DNA from: Spirochaetia bacterium
GTDB lineage: Bacteria > Bacillota > Desulfotomaculia > Desulfotomaculales > JAJYZD01
Direction: 5' to 3'
DNA: 61,206 nt
NCBI GenBank assembly: GCA_035530395.1
Contig: DATKUX010000074.1
Coordinates: 1 to 61,206 of the forward strand
Part shown: piece by piece, positions 29,608 through 39,500 of the stretch
Layout of the letters: each line of letters begins with the position of its first letter
How positions within the stretch are numbered: the stretch's first letter is position 1
Made by a program: the position numbers and the translations under genes
Notes under the pieces: model-generated
The model's input: the letters and a program-made list of their open reading frames with translations, nothing else
Databases searched by the model: none
Told to the model about the DNA's origin: nothing

Positions 29608-30993
29608 ATGATCACCGGTCTAAGCGACACCCATCAGCCGGTAGTCCTGGCAGAAGCCCTGGCCTCCGCCAGGAACCTGGTGCTTTACCGTGGTATTCTG
29701 GAGGATCCGGTCTGCCGGGCCATGATGCGTTTTTTGCGCGCTGTTACCGCCGAGGCTGAAACAGGCAGACCCAGCGAGGCTTTCAGCGAGCTGTTTTTCC
29801 TGCTGTCCCGGAACGCCGGGCGTCCCGGCGACGCCTGGCAAAATCACCTACTCGATCTGATCCTCAACGATGACAATGCTTTCACCCGGGGAGCGGCCGC
29901 ATCGAAGGACCGGTTGGGCGGTCCGTTGGAAGAGACGGTGCAAGGAGACCTGCAAAGGCTGCACAATTTGTTTCGGGTGGATGCCGTTGCCGCCCGGGAA
30001 GCAGTTTTGAACGGGGACCCCCTGCCGCCGGGTGGACTACCTCTCTGGCGCGACCTGTCCGTTTCCAGGACTGTCCGGGAAGGGGAATCCGCCAAGCAAG
30101 TTCGTACCCTCCTTCAGGAGGCCAGGGACTGGAACGGGTGTTTGGACCAACTGGCAAATTATCACCGGCAGGCCGGGGCCGGTCTGTTCGCCCGTTACCG
30201 TGCCTTTCGCTGGCTGGGCCGGCCGGGCTGTCTGGAAGGGATTGTGGAGCCGGATCCGGTAACCATGGAGGAGCTGATCGGCTACCAGTCCCAACGCCGG
30301 GAGGTGCTGGCCAACACCGAACGGTTTCTGGCCGGTTGGCCGGCCAATAACCTCTTGCTGTATGGTGACCGGGGTACGGGCAAGTCCTCCACGGTCAAGG
30401 CCCTGCTCAACCGGTACGGGGAGGAAGGGCTGCGTATGGTAGAAGTCGCCAAGGGCGATTTGGCCGATTTCCCGCGGATTGTCCGGGAACTGCGCCGGCA
30501 GCCGCAACGGTTTATTCTCTTCGTCGACGACCTTTCCTTTGAGGAAACCGAGGTGGAGTATAAAGAACTGAAGGCCGTCCTGGAGGGGGGGCTGGAAAGC
30601 CGGCCCGCCAACGTCGTCATCTACGCTACGTCCAACCGCCGTCACCTGGTCCGGGAACGCTTCGCCGACCGGCAGCCGGAATACGGAGACGGCGGGGAAG
30701 TCCGGACCGGCGACACCATCCAGGAAAAGCTCTCTTTGGCCGACCGCTTCGGCATAACCGTGCTTTTCATCGCCCCGGACAAGGCCCTTTTCCTGGAGAT
30801 CGTCCGGGGGCTGGCCAGGCAGAGGAGAATTTCCTTGCCCGACAGTGAACTGGAGCGCCGGGCCCTGCTCTGGGAGGTCTGGCAGAACGGCCGTTCCGGA
30901 CGCAGTGCCAGGCAGTTCATCGACCACATCTGCGGGGAAGAGGGAGTGCCGGCAGGTACTTCCCGGCCGGCTACCGGGCCCGGGGGGACTTGA
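29608..30993 (+). CDS. DUF815-family AAA-type ATPase
   Basis: NLLLYGDRGTGKSSTVKAL (Walker A), RFILFVDDLSFEE (Walker B) and VIYATSNRRHLV are typical of DUF815. Confidence 0.75.
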   Translation: MITGLSDTHQPVVLAEALASARNLVLYRGILEDPVCRAMMRFLRAVTAEAETGRPSEAFSELFFLLSRNAGRPGDAWQNHLLDLILNDDNAFTRGAAASKDRLGGPLEETVQGDLQRLHNLFRVDAVAAREAVLNGDPLPPGGLPLWRDLSVSRTVREGESAKQVRTLLQEARDWNGCLDQLANYHRQAGAGLFARYRAFRWLGRPGCLEGIVEPDPVTMEELIGYQSQRREVLANTERFLAGWPANNLLLYGDRGTGKSSTVKALLNRYGEEGLRMVEVAKGDLADFPRIVRELRRQPQRFILFVDDLSFEETEVEYKELKAVLEGGLESRPANVVIYATSNRRHLVRERFADRQPEYGDGGEVRTGDTIQEKLSLADRFGITVLFIAPDKALFLEIVRGLARQRRISLPDSELERRALLWEVWQNGRSGRSARQFIDHICGEEGVPAGTSRPATGPGGT

Positions 30994-31257
30994 TCCCGCC
31001 GACCTGCTGCTTAGGTGGCTGGCGTGGGAGAGGTGTAGACACTCAGCGAATTGTTTTCGGGGATAATCACCTGCTTAGGAGAGTTGCAACAGGGGTTCTT
31101 GCCCTTTTGGCAAAATCTTGTTATGATGCTTAGAGAAGCAGCGAGTGGTCGAGTGGAACGTCCAAACCAGACACTAACCACAGGGAAGTTCGGGGGGAGT
31201 TGGTCTGCGAACCCAAATGGCAGGCGTTCCTATTCGTTTTTTCGAGGTGGTTCTTTT

Positions 31258-32091
31258 ATGCCGACCGCTATGGCCCTCGACGAACTGGCGATATCCTTCG
31301 ACGAGCAAGCTCTCGTTCGTCTATGCGAGACCTACGGCATCGCCGAGTTGTCCTTTTTCGGCTCCGTCACACGAGATGACTTCAACCCGGTCCGGAGCGA
31401 CGTGGACGTCCTGATCGAGTTCCTGCCGGACACCCCGGTGAGAACCCTATTCATGGACCAGTTCAGCTGGTTTGCATTGAGGAGAGACTTTGTAGCGTTG
31501 TTCCGCCGCAAAGTAGACATCGTGGAAAAAGAAGGGCTCGATAAGTATATCAAAGACGATGTCCTCCGTAGACGCGTGGTCGTCTACCAGTCTTCTGGCA
31601 ATGGGGGGGGGCTGGTCATACCTAAGCGCAGGGGAACAACGAAAGACTCCTCCGGTCAAACACCGGAGTGGGCCAAGGGTGTCCACGCTTTCGTCGAGAT
31701 CGATGGTACAGCAGCCGGGAAAATCAAGAAACCTGATTTATACCTTTTTCACATGCGGGATAATTGTAAACTGCTTCTAAAATCTGCAGCTAGCTTGACT
31801 TATGAAGATTTTCTCGAGAGGGATGAAATGTGGCGGCGGGGAGTAAGTAAATGTATAGAAGAGATCGGTGAGAATGCGGGTAAATTAAGCCATTCATTTA
31901 GGAAAAACCATCCTGAGATTCACTGGGATAAATATATCGAATCCAGACAGCATCTGGCTCACGTTTACGAACACGTTAAAATGTATACGGTTTGGACCAC
32001 AGTGACAGAAGAAATACCTGGGTTGCTTGCCGGCCTCGAAGCACTGATCCAGGACGTCGTAAACACCACCCCGGAGGGGACCCGGGAATAA
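31258..32091 (+). CDS. single ORF fusing a MntA-type nucleotidyltransferase to a HepT (DUF86) RNase domain
   Basis: ATG 31258 after GAGGTGG. NTase motif FGSVTRDDFNPVRSDVDVLIEF. ~50-aa linker starting at the G9 tract (31603-31611). C-terminal DUF86 with RQHLAHVY (Rx4HxY). GC content drops visibly from ~31700. Confidence 0.65.
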   Translation: MPTAMALDELAISFDEQALVRLCETYGIAELSFFGSVTRDDFNPVRSDVDVLIEFLPDTPVRTLFMDQFSWFALRRDFVALFRRKVDIVEKEGLDKYIKDDVLRRRVVVYQSSGNGGGLVIPKRRGTTKDSSGQTPEWAKGVHAFVEIDGTAAGKIKKPDLYLFHMRDNCKLLLKSAASLTYEDFLERDEMWRRGVSKCIEEIGENAGKLSHSFRKNHPEIHWDKYIESRQHLAHVYEHVKMYTVWTTVTEEIPGLLAGLEALIQDVVNTTPEGTRE

Positions 32092-32601
32092 CCTTGATTT
32101 TCCATGAGGAGATCGGGGAGTAGCCTCGTCGATCCCGTTAGGGACCGTAACCGGTCCCTAGTTTCTATCACCAACCCATACCGGTTTTGACGATTACAGC
32201 CGCCCCGGGCTGTTTTGCCTCTTATTAAGGGACGTCTCCGCCCCCTGAATCCCTGGTTCACGAACCAAGTAAACATTCCGAAAGGCAACTATAACGGTGT
32301 CTAACGTGGCCGGGTGGCCGTCCGTAAACTGGTTGCTTTGACGTCAAGGACGAAAGCGGAAATAGAGTATGCCAGGGCATTCCGGCAAAGTATTTCCCGG
32401 TATTGCAGAGATCGGACGGATGGCAGTACGGGAAAGTGAGGGTTGCGCCGCGCTTGCTCGCCATGGCTAAAGCGGCTGAAGCCAGGGGCTTCCGCGCGGC
32501 CACTTCGGTGAAGAGGTAACTACTCCAGCCCGTCTACCAGCAAGGCTGCTGGGGCTGCAGCAGGAATTCGACCCCAGGCGTGGAATTTCTTCCGGCAGGA
32601 G

Positions 32602-33060
32602 ATGAGGAATTTGAGCAGACCTAGTTGGCACAGCACTTTCATGGAGGTGGCCCGCGTGGTGGCCCGCCGGGCGACCTGCCTGCGCCGCCAGGTAGGCGCC
32701 GTGCTGGTGCGGGACAACCGGATTCTGGCCACCGGCTACAACGGTGCGCCCTCCGGTATCAAGCACTGTCTGGATACCGGTTGCCTCAGGGAACAACTCG
32801 GCATCCCTTCGGGTGAACGCCACGAGCTCTGCCGGGCCGTCCACGCCGAGCAGAATGTTATCATCCAGGCTGCCTTGCACGGGGTGACCACGACCGGTTC
32901 CACCCTGTACGTGACTTGTCAGCCGTGCTTTATCTGCGCCAAGATGCTGATCAACGCCGGCATCGAACGGGTCGTCTGCGAGGGACCCTACCCGGACGCC
33001 ATGGCGGGGCAAATATTGAAGGAAGCCGGTGTCACTTTTGAGACTTATCCTGCTGGGTAA
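32602..33060 (+). CDS. comEB: deoxycytidylate (dCMP) deaminase, ComEB family
   Basis: Zinc/catalytic motifs HAEQNVI and [16 protein letters not shown]. Confidence 0.85.
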   Translation: MRNLSRPSWHSTFMEVARVVARRATCLRRQVGAVLVRDNRILATGYNGAPSGIKHCLDTGCLREQLGIPSGERHELCRAVHAEQNVIIQAALHGVTTTGSTLYVTCQPCFICAKMLINAGIERVVCEGPYPDAMAGQILKEAGVTFETYPAG

Positions 33061-33577
33061 AGCCGGGACCGGGAAGGATACCGTGGCCGCCTACCTGGCC
33101 GGTCGATGCGGCTTTCGTTGCTACGCTTTCGCCGACAAGATCAGGGAAATCGGACGCGACCTCTTTCCCGAGCATTTCCAGGACGGCGCCAAACCGCGGC
33201 GACTCTTGCAGGACCTCGGCATCAAGATGCGGGAGTTGGGCCCGGACTGTTGGACGAATTATGTCCTACGGCGCATTGCTACGGACGATCCGCTCCATGC
33301 GGTCATCACCGACTGCCGTTATTTGCGGGAAATAGCCCTGGCCGGTCAGGCCGGTTTTTTGCCCGTCCTGGTGGACTGTCCCACGGAGATCCGGCTGGCC
33401 CGGCTGGCCGCCCGGGACGGGGGATCCTTCCGGCCGGAGGACCTCCAGCACGTTTCCGAACAGGAAACCGAAAGCGCGGCGGTAGCCGGAACCGTCCTCA
33501 ACACAGGAACCCTCGCCGACCTGGAAGTTGCCGTCGACCGGCTCCTCTATAACCTCTATCCCGGTCAATTAACGTAG
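33029..33577 (+). CDS. P-loop kinase, deoxynucleoside-monophosphate-kinase-like
   Basis: GKAGTGKDT Walker A, DCRY...E motif. Overlaps the comEB end by 32 nt. Confidence 0.5.
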   Translation: MSLLRLILLGKAGTGKDTVAAYLAGRCGFRCYAFADKIREIGRDLFPEHFQDGAKPRRLLQDLGIKMRELGPDCWTNYVLRRIATDDPLHAVITDCRYLREIALAGQAGFLPVLVDCPTEIRLARLAARDGGSFRPEDLQHVSEQETESAAVAGTVLNTGTLADLEVAVDRLLYNLYPGQLT

Positions 33578-33891
33578 TTTCGAAGTCTCTCCACTCTCCT
33601 GAGAAGATCTCCGCCTTGAACCACTCCACGACTGAAGTCGCTGGATTCCGAAGAATCTCGTAACTCAGACCGTTTCATCGCTTCCTGCTTCTCTGGATCG
33701 AGCCTTCGGAGAAGGTCTAACCGTTCCTCCACAGGCGAGCCCCAAGCCACTCTGTCCCTTTTTCCAAGAGATACAGTTGACCAACAAGGGCTCAGGAGCG
33801 ATGACCTGAAGCCTTTTTTCCTTTGCGCGGCGGGGGAAGAAACTCCGGGGCACCGCTTAGACAGTGGCGTCGGCCGAGACCGTTCCGGTGG

Positions 33892-33919
33892 ACACCTGCA
33901 GGCAAATCACCATAAGATA
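33892..33919 (+). promoter_or_regulatory. SigK-type promoter (AC-N17-CATAAGATA)
   Basis: AC at 33892-93, 17-nt spacer, CATAAGATA at 33911-19, followed by the conserved TTCTAGCCCA. Lies 87 nt upstream of ATG 34006. Confidence 0.5.
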
Positions 33920-34005
33920 TTCTAGCCCACGGGATGGGAGCGTTTAGCGATCCGTTCCGCGGGCTAGAATCACCGGAATTTCCCGAAAAGGAGGCGTACC
34001 TTGCC

Positions 34006-34482
34006 ATGACTACCCAAACCACCCTGCGCGTCAGACTGCCCGAGATATGTCTTCCAGACACGGTTTTCACGCCGGTGCCCCCAACGACAAGTTGTACTCC
34101 GCCGCCGGCAGGATCCACCGTCAGCTGCAACGTCAGCGGCGTGACCTGCACCGAGGTGTCCCGGACGAACAGCAGCACCGTCTCCGGCCTTCAGGACGTC
34201 AAGTTCCTGATCACGTTCACTCTCAACCTAAACATCATTAACCCTGCCGGCATAATCGTTTGCCAGACCAGTCAAACCTCGGAGTTTTTCCAGACCGTCA
34301 CACTCTACGCCCCGCCCTGGATACCGACGTTTTGCGTAGCCACCTTCGATTGCGGTCCCTGCATAGCGTTGGATGACACGACCTGCTGTTCCCTGGAAGT
34401 TTGCCTGACCGTCTGGACGTTCGTGCCGCAACGATCCGGAGGGCGACGTAACTCCTCTATGCGGCTTCTCCGGCAACTCTGA
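34006..34482 (+). CDS. cysteine-rich protein, divergent paralogue (E) of the 43-48 kb family
   Basis: AAGGAGG then ATG 34006. Shares VTCTEVSRT, F(L/F)ITFTLNLNIINPAG, EFFQTVTLYAP, FDCGPCIALDD and CCSLEVCL with copies A-D. Lacks their N-terminal PICIEVPQVLDFCFQ and C-terminal PPxCPP tail. Confidence 0.7.
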   Translation: MTTQTTLRVRLPEICLPDTVFTPVPPTTSCTPPPAGSTVSCNVSGVTCTEVSRTNSSTVSGLQDVKFLITFTLNLNIINPAGIIVCQTSQTSEFFQTVTLYAPPWIPTFCVATFDCGPCIALDDTTCCSLEVCLTVWTFVPQRSGGRRNSSMRLLRQL

Positions 34483-34595
34483 GCGTGGGGAGAGGACGCC
34501 TGCCGGCCGCTTCCCTGAAAAGCCCAGCCACCATCCGCGCCGTCCCTTCATATTATGCAGGAGATACAAGGTTAAACAACGGGCGGGGTGGCTTC

Positions 34596-36476
34596 ATGGG
34601 GGACAGAATCAGCCTCTGTATGATTGCGCGTAACGAGGAAGAGAACCTGGGGCGCTGCTTGGACAGCGCCGCCGGCTGTGTGGACGAGATCGTGCTGGTG
34701 GATACCGGCTCCGCGGACGCCACCGTGGAGGTTGCTAAAAGCTACGGGGCCAGGGTTCGGCAATCTCCCTGGCATGATGACTTTTCTATGGCCAGAAACC
34801 AGTCGCTGGCCGAGGCGGCGGGCGACTGGATCCTGGTCCTCGACGCCGACGAGGAATTGCCGCCGGAAGCGGTGCGTTTTTTGCGGGAGCAGGCGGGTCA
34901 GGAAGACACGGATGCCTGGACTTTCACCGTTGTGAGTAATGTGTCGACCGGTGAGGATCTATGTGCCACCCGGCACGCGGCCCTGCGCATGTTTCGCAAC
35001 CGGCCGGAGCACCGGTTCGAGGGTCTGGTGCACGAACAGGTGCGGCCCAGTATTTTGCGAAACAATCCCACCGCCGGCATCCGCCACGCCAACCTGGAGA
35101 TCCGGCACCACGGTTACGTGGTTGACGGTGGGGAAGCCGGGAACAAAACCGGGTACAAGATCCGCCTCCTGCAAAAAGCTCTGGCGGCCAAGCCCTTCGA
35201 TGCCTTCCAGAACTATAACCTGGGTGTCAGCTACCTGACGGCACGGGAACCGGAAAAGGCCCGTTCCCACTTTGAAATAGCCCATCTCGCTACGGACGCC
35301 CGATCCGGTTTTGCGCCGGCCCTCTACCGCAATTACGCCCTGTGCCTGTACGAACTGGGTGAGTTCACCGACTGTCTCAAGTTGCTGGACGAAGGCCTCG
35401 GCCATTTCCCCGCATACCCTGACCTCCACTTTCTGAAAGGCCGGCTTTTTTTTGAACTGGGACTGCTGGCCCAAGCCAGGGCGTGTTTGCAAGCCTGTAC
35501 AGGCTTTCGCCACGTTCCGCCCGAGTACCCTACCATGGAAGGTATCACCAGCTATCTAAGCGAGGAAAACCTGGCCGGGGTCGCACTAAAGGGAGACGAT
35601 CCAGACATGGCCCTAGAGCACCTGGGTGCCGCTTACAGCATGCGAAGATCCTACAGCGTGGCGCTCCGCCTGGCCCTGGTGCTGAAACAAAAGGGTCTTT
35701 CCCGTGCCGGGCTGCGGCAGGCCCTGACCGGGCGGTTTGACCTGGATGATCCGGCCATGGCCCGTCTCTTTTACGACCTCGGGGAATACGAGGCCTGTTT
35801 GGAGCACTTGGCCGGATCTGACGGCCAGCCCGCGTTTTCGTTACTCCGGGCCAGGTGTTTGACCCGCCTGGGACAGCCTGACGCCGCGCTTAAACTGTTG
35901 GATCAGTTGTCCGGGACCGGCGTTGATCCGGCGGAAGCGGAGCGGGAAGTATGGTTGGCCGGTTGGCTGAGGGGAGCGGAACAGGCCGCCCCGACGGAAG
36001 AAGCGGCAGATGAGGAAAACGCGGCGCTCATTGAAGAAGTGGCGTATGCCGCCTGGATCAGGGGCGAGCATGAACGGGCGCTGTCTCTGGCCGCCGCGGT
36101 GGCCGGGGAAAAGGCCCGCCTGAGGCTGGCCGGATATGCGCTGGGACATAATCAGCCCGTGGTGGTCGAGACTCTTCTGGCAGAAGAGGCACCCGGAGCA
36201 GCTGGCAGCTATTTAAAGGGCCAGGCCTGCGCCGAACGGGGGAGGCACCGGGAGGCTTTCCTCCATTATGTCGAAGCGGCTGGGGACAGGGGTAAAGAGA
36301 AAATGTGCTACTTACGGGCTCTGGAAGAAGTGATCATCCAGTGCCAGCTGATGGTGCTGCAACTCCTAAATGTCGAAGGACCAAACGGGGTACTCCAATT
36401 GGAGCTATTCCGGCTGGCTTCCCGGCAAAAAAAGCTTGGTCGGTATAAGGGGGAATCAACCGTTGACGCGTGGTAA
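34596..36476 (+). CDS. family-2 glycosyltransferase with C-terminal TPR-repeat region
   Basis: ISLCMIARNEEENLGRCL, VLVDTGSADAT, WHDDFSMARNQSL and ILVLDADEEL (GT2 DxD), followed by TPR-like helical repeats. Confidence 0.8.
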   Translation: MGDRISLCMIARNEEENLGRCLDSAAGCVDEIVLVDTGSADATVEVAKSYGARVRQSPWHDDFSMARNQSLAEAAGDWILVLDADEELPPEAVRFLREQAGQEDTDAWTFTVVSNVSTGEDLCATRHAALRMFRNRPEHRFEGLVHEQVRPSILRNNPTAGIRHANLEIRHHGYVVDGGEAGNKTGYKIRLLQKALAAKPFDAFQNYNLGVSYLTAREPEKARSHFEIAHLATDARSGFAPALYRNYALCLYELGEFTDCLKLLDEGLGHFPAYPDLHFLKGRLFFELGLLAQARACLQACTGFRHVPPEYPTMEGITSYLSEENLAGVALKGDDPDMALEHLGAAYSMRRSYSVALRLALVLKQKGLSRAGLRQALTGRFDLDDPAMARLFYDLGEYEACLEHLAGSDGQPAFSLLRARCLTRLGQPDAALKLLDQLSGTGVDPAEAEREVWLAGWLRGAEQAAPTEEAADEENAALIEEVAYAAWIRGEHERALSLAAAVAGEKARLRLAGYALGHNQPVVVETLLAEEAPGAAGSYLKGQACAERGRHREAFLHYVEAAGDRGKEKMCYLRALEEVIIQCQLMVLQLLNVEGPNGVLQLELFRLASRQKKLGRYKGESTVDAW

Positions 36477-38679
36477 ACTCAGTGTTTGCCTCATCGCCAA
36501 GAACGAATCCGTCAACATCGAGCGCTGTCTGAACAGCGTCAGGGAATGTGCGGACGAAATCGTGCTGGTGGACACGGGTTCCAGCGACGATACACCGGAA
36601 ATAGTGGAATCCATGGGCGCCAGGGTAATTCATACCCGCTGGACCGGCGATTTCAGCGTTGCCCGCAACCTCTCCCTGGAAGCCGCCACCGGCGACTGGA
36701 TCCTTTTTTTGGACTGTGATGAGGAGTTGTCCCCGGAAAGCCGCCAGGAACTTCAGGGCGTCCTGGACAATGACAACTATGAGGCTTATTTCGTCATAGT
36801 CGATAACATAACGGATAAAGGGCACGAACTAAGTGTCCCGAGTATAAGGCTTTTCAGAAACAGACCCTGCTTCCGGTTTAAAGGAAAGATCCACGAACAG
36901 ATCGTAAACTCGATCCTGGCCAACTATGGTCAGACCAGCTTAGGCCAAAGCGATATAGTAGTCCTCCACCATGGTTACCACCCCCATACGACCAACATCA
37001 GGGCCAAGATGAACCGCAACCTGGAAATATTGCTGACGTACGGCGAGGAGGAGAAAGACGGCTTCTTCTATTACAACCTGGGCACGGAATATTGGCGGTT
37101 GGGTCAAAGGGAGCAAGCCCTAGAGAACTACTCCCAGGCCCTGCAGTTGAGCAATCCCGCTCATAACTTTGGACCCATTCTGGTCAGAAGAACTATCAGC
37201 TTGCTGATGGAGCTCAACAGATACCGCTCGGCCATTGAACGGGCAAAGCATTACCAGACCCTGTTGCCCGACTACCATGACCTGGTATTCCTGGAGGGGG
37301 CCTGCCACTTGGCCTGCGGGCGGTATTCCCGCGCCGGGGCCCTCTTTAAACGCTACCTGAAGATGCCCCCGCCCCCGCGTGGATACCCCAAGGAACAGGG
37401 ATTCCACGGCTTCAGCCCCGAGACCATGCAGACCTGGGCCGCTGATCAGGCCCGGAAGGGGGCTGTGCCCAACCTGGCCGTCTGTATCGCCGGCGGCGGC
37501 ACAAAAGAAATGCTGGCCCGCTGCATCCGGAGCGTCCAGGAAATAGCCCGGGAGCTTATCTTCCTGGATCCAGGCTCCCCGCCAGGCTGTGGAGACGTCG
37601 CCTATCAGATGGGGGCCACGGTGGCAGCCCTGAAGCCGGGCCAAAGCCAAGACGCCGTTTGGGCGGAAGCTGCGGCCACGGCCACAACGAAGTGGGTCCT
37701 GGTGCTGTACTCCGACGAGGTGCTGGCCCCGGGGGGGCGTGAGGGCGTCAGCCGGATCATCAATAACCCTGAGCATCAGGGCTACCTGCTCAAACTACGC
37801 ACCTTTCTCGGCCCGGATATGTCCCAGGCGTCCTGCCATCTGAAAGGGGAAATGAGGCTCTTCCGGCGCTCCGGCAACCGGCCTCCTCCGCCGGGTCATG
37901 CCGGCATCGTCATTGACTGTCTGCGTTACACGTCCGCGGGGAAAGAACCAGCTCAAGCCGGTATGTCGGCCTACGACCATGCCCTGACGTGTTTCTACCG
38001 GCAAGACTTCCACGCGGCGGTCGCCGGTCTGGCCATGGTGAGTAGGGAGAATGCCCCTGGCCCCGCCTTCTTTTTCTTCTACGGGCTGTCTCTCATCAAT
38101 AGCGGGAACACTTCCGAGGCCCTGGCCGTACTGGAGGAGGGGGTGGCCGGGTACGGGGACTACACCGACCTGCGGTACCTGCGGGGTATAGCCCGCTTTC
38201 AACTGGGCGACGCCACTGCCGCGGAGCGCGACTTCGCCCGCTGTCTGGAAATGGGCGACGCTCCCTGGTTCAAGTACACGGTGAGCCCCGGAACCGGTAC
38301 GCACCGCTCCCTATGTTCCCTGGGCACCATTCTGGCCGAGCGTGGCGATACCCCCGGAGCTCTGGATCTTTTCCTCCGGGCGGCAAAAGTGGCGGACGGG
38401 TTCGAACCGGCCCTGGAAAGACTGGCCTTCCTGGTCGACCAATGGCCTCAGGCGCCCATGGCCTATTTAGAAAGCCGCGGCCTGCTCAACTCAGTGAGCC
38501 TGGGTATTTTGGCCGGCACCCTGGCCGGGAAGGGAAGATACCGGGAAAGCCTGGAGTACCTGTCCACGGCGGGCGAGCGCCTGGCTCAGGAACCCGTTCC
38601 CCGCAGCGTTGGGGCGTGGGTGCGGGCCATGGATCACCTGCTGGCCAACCTGAACCGGGAGGCCGGGACGGCCTTCTGA
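36463..38679 (+). CDS. family-2 glycosyltransferase - TPR - second degenerate GT-like module - TPR
   Basis: TTG 36463 after AAGGGGGAA, overlapping the upstream stop. LSVCLIAKNESVNIERCL, VLVDTGSSDDT and ILFLDCDEEL. An internal AVCIAGGG...FLDPGS...VLVLYSDEVL resembles a decayed second GT2 fold. Confidence 0.75.
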   Translation: MTRGKLSVCLIAKNESVNIERCLNSVRECADEIVLVDTGSSDDTPEIVESMGARVIHTRWTGDFSVARNLSLEAATGDWILFLDCDEELSPESRQELQGVLDNDNYEAYFVIVDNITDKGHELSVPSIRLFRNRPCFRFKGKIHEQIVNSILANYGQTSLGQSDIVVLHHGYHPHTTNIRAKMNRNLEILLTYGEEEKDGFFYYNLGTEYWRLGQREQALENYSQALQLSNPAHNFGPILVRRTISLLMELNRYRSAIERAKHYQTLLPDYHDLVFLEGACHLACGRYSRAGALFKRYLKMPPPPRGYPKEQGFHGFSPETMQTWAADQARKGAVPNLAVCIAGGGTKEMLARCIRSVQEIARELIFLDPGSPPGCGDVAYQMGATVAALKPGQSQDAVWAEAAATATTKWVLVLYSDEVLAPGGREGVSRIINNPEHQGYLLKLRTFLGPDMSQASCHLKGEMRLFRRSGNRPPPPGHAGIVIDCLRYTSAGKEPAQAGMSAYDHALTCFYRQDFHAAVAGLAMVSRENAPGPAFFFFYGLSLINSGNTSEALAVLEEGVAGYGDYTDLRYLRGIARFQLGDATAAERDFARCLEMGDAPWFKYTVSPGTGTHRSLCSLGTILAERGDTPGALDLFLRAAKVADGFEPALERLAFLVDQWPQAPMAYLESRGLLNSVSLGILAGTLAGKGRYRESLEYLSTAGERLAQEPVPRSVGAWVRAMDHLLANLNREAGTAF

Positions 38680-38714
38680 AGCCCAACCAGCCGGCAAGAT
38701 GGGGAAAAAGAAAA

Positions 38715-38739
38715 CGGGAGGGACTTATTTCCCCTCCCG
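38715..38739. terminator. bidirectional rho-independent terminator
   Basis: CGGGAGGG / CCCTCCCG stem, flanked by an A-run upstream and a T-rich tract downstream. Sits between convergent genes ending at 38679 (+) and 38760 (-). Confidence 0.65.
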
Positions 38740-38759
38740 CGGCTTTTCCTCCCGGGTCT

Positions 38760-39212
38760 TTACTCACACTTGGCGTCCTCGACACAGACCACAGTGGGCG
38801 CGCAGAGGTTGTGCACGGTGAAGGACAAATTGATTTCGCCGGATACCGTAGTAGGGGTCGTGGTAATGCTACGCGGATCGCAGTTCGCCGAGTAGGTGAC
38901 CTGGGGTTCGGTTGTTCCGCAGCAGGCGGTCAGGCCCAGGGGGAGGGGCAGGGAACCGCTCTTGCCGACAATGGTGCAGAAATCCCTGAACTTGGTTCCT
39001 TCGTTCAGATACTCATACTCGAACTGGGTGTCGAAGGAGAAGGACAGGGTGGGAGGCACGCCCGCCATGTTCACCGTCACGTTGTACAGGGCGATTGTGC
39101 AATGTTCTCCCGGGCCGACCGGGGAGAAAGCGGGAGTGGCGCAGGTGACCCTCTCCGACAGTTTCTCGACTATAGACGTCATCTCGTTGACACAAAGTTG
39201 CCTGATGGCCAT
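38760..39212 (-). CDS. hypothetical cysteine-containing beta-rich protein (10 Cys / 150 aa), no signal peptide
   Basis: Strong RBS AAGGAGG (rc of 39223-39229) upstream of ATG 39212. Family not recognised. Confidence 0.6.
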   Translation of the reverse strand: MAIRQLCVNEMTSIVEKLSERVTCATPAFSPVGPGEHCTIALYNVTVNMAGVPPTLSFSFDTQFEYEYLNEGTKFRDFCTIVGKSGSLPLPLGLTACCGTTEPQVTYSANCDPRSITTTPTTVSGEINLSFTVHNLCAPTVVCVEDAKCE

Positions 39213-39500
39213 ATCATATCAAACCTCCTTTCCATGATATCAACATATGGGAAAGTCGACGGAATGTTACTCGGAACCGTCGTATTCCTGCGAAGCCCAG
39301 GCCGCCGGTCTTCTAGAGCGCTACCTGCAGGGTAGTCCTAGCCAGATATAACCATGAGGACTTTATTCTCCAAGAAAAGAAATATAGTTCCGGAGGTAAC
39401 CGCTGTTTTAGCCCTACGAAAGACTGTTCGGGAATACGCTGGTTGCCTCATTTTCCATTTCCGGTTACAATGGGTTTCACTTCAACAAAGGAGGTAGTTC

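Noticed and set aside
31199-31208. Extra copy of the TTGGTCTGC 9-mer upstream of the MntA-HepT gene, considered as a partner att or arm site for the tRNA-Pro repeats
   Set aside because: A single 9-mer match is expected by chance roughly once every two windows of this size. There is no flanking similarity.
32545-32580. GGGGCTGCAGCAGGAATTCGACCCC resembles the 5' end of tmRNA (GGGGCTG...GGATTCGAC)
   Set aside because: There is no tRNA-like 3' end, tag ORF or pseudoknot region downstream. The comEB CDS starts about 30 nt later, so there is no room for a ~350-nt tmRNA.
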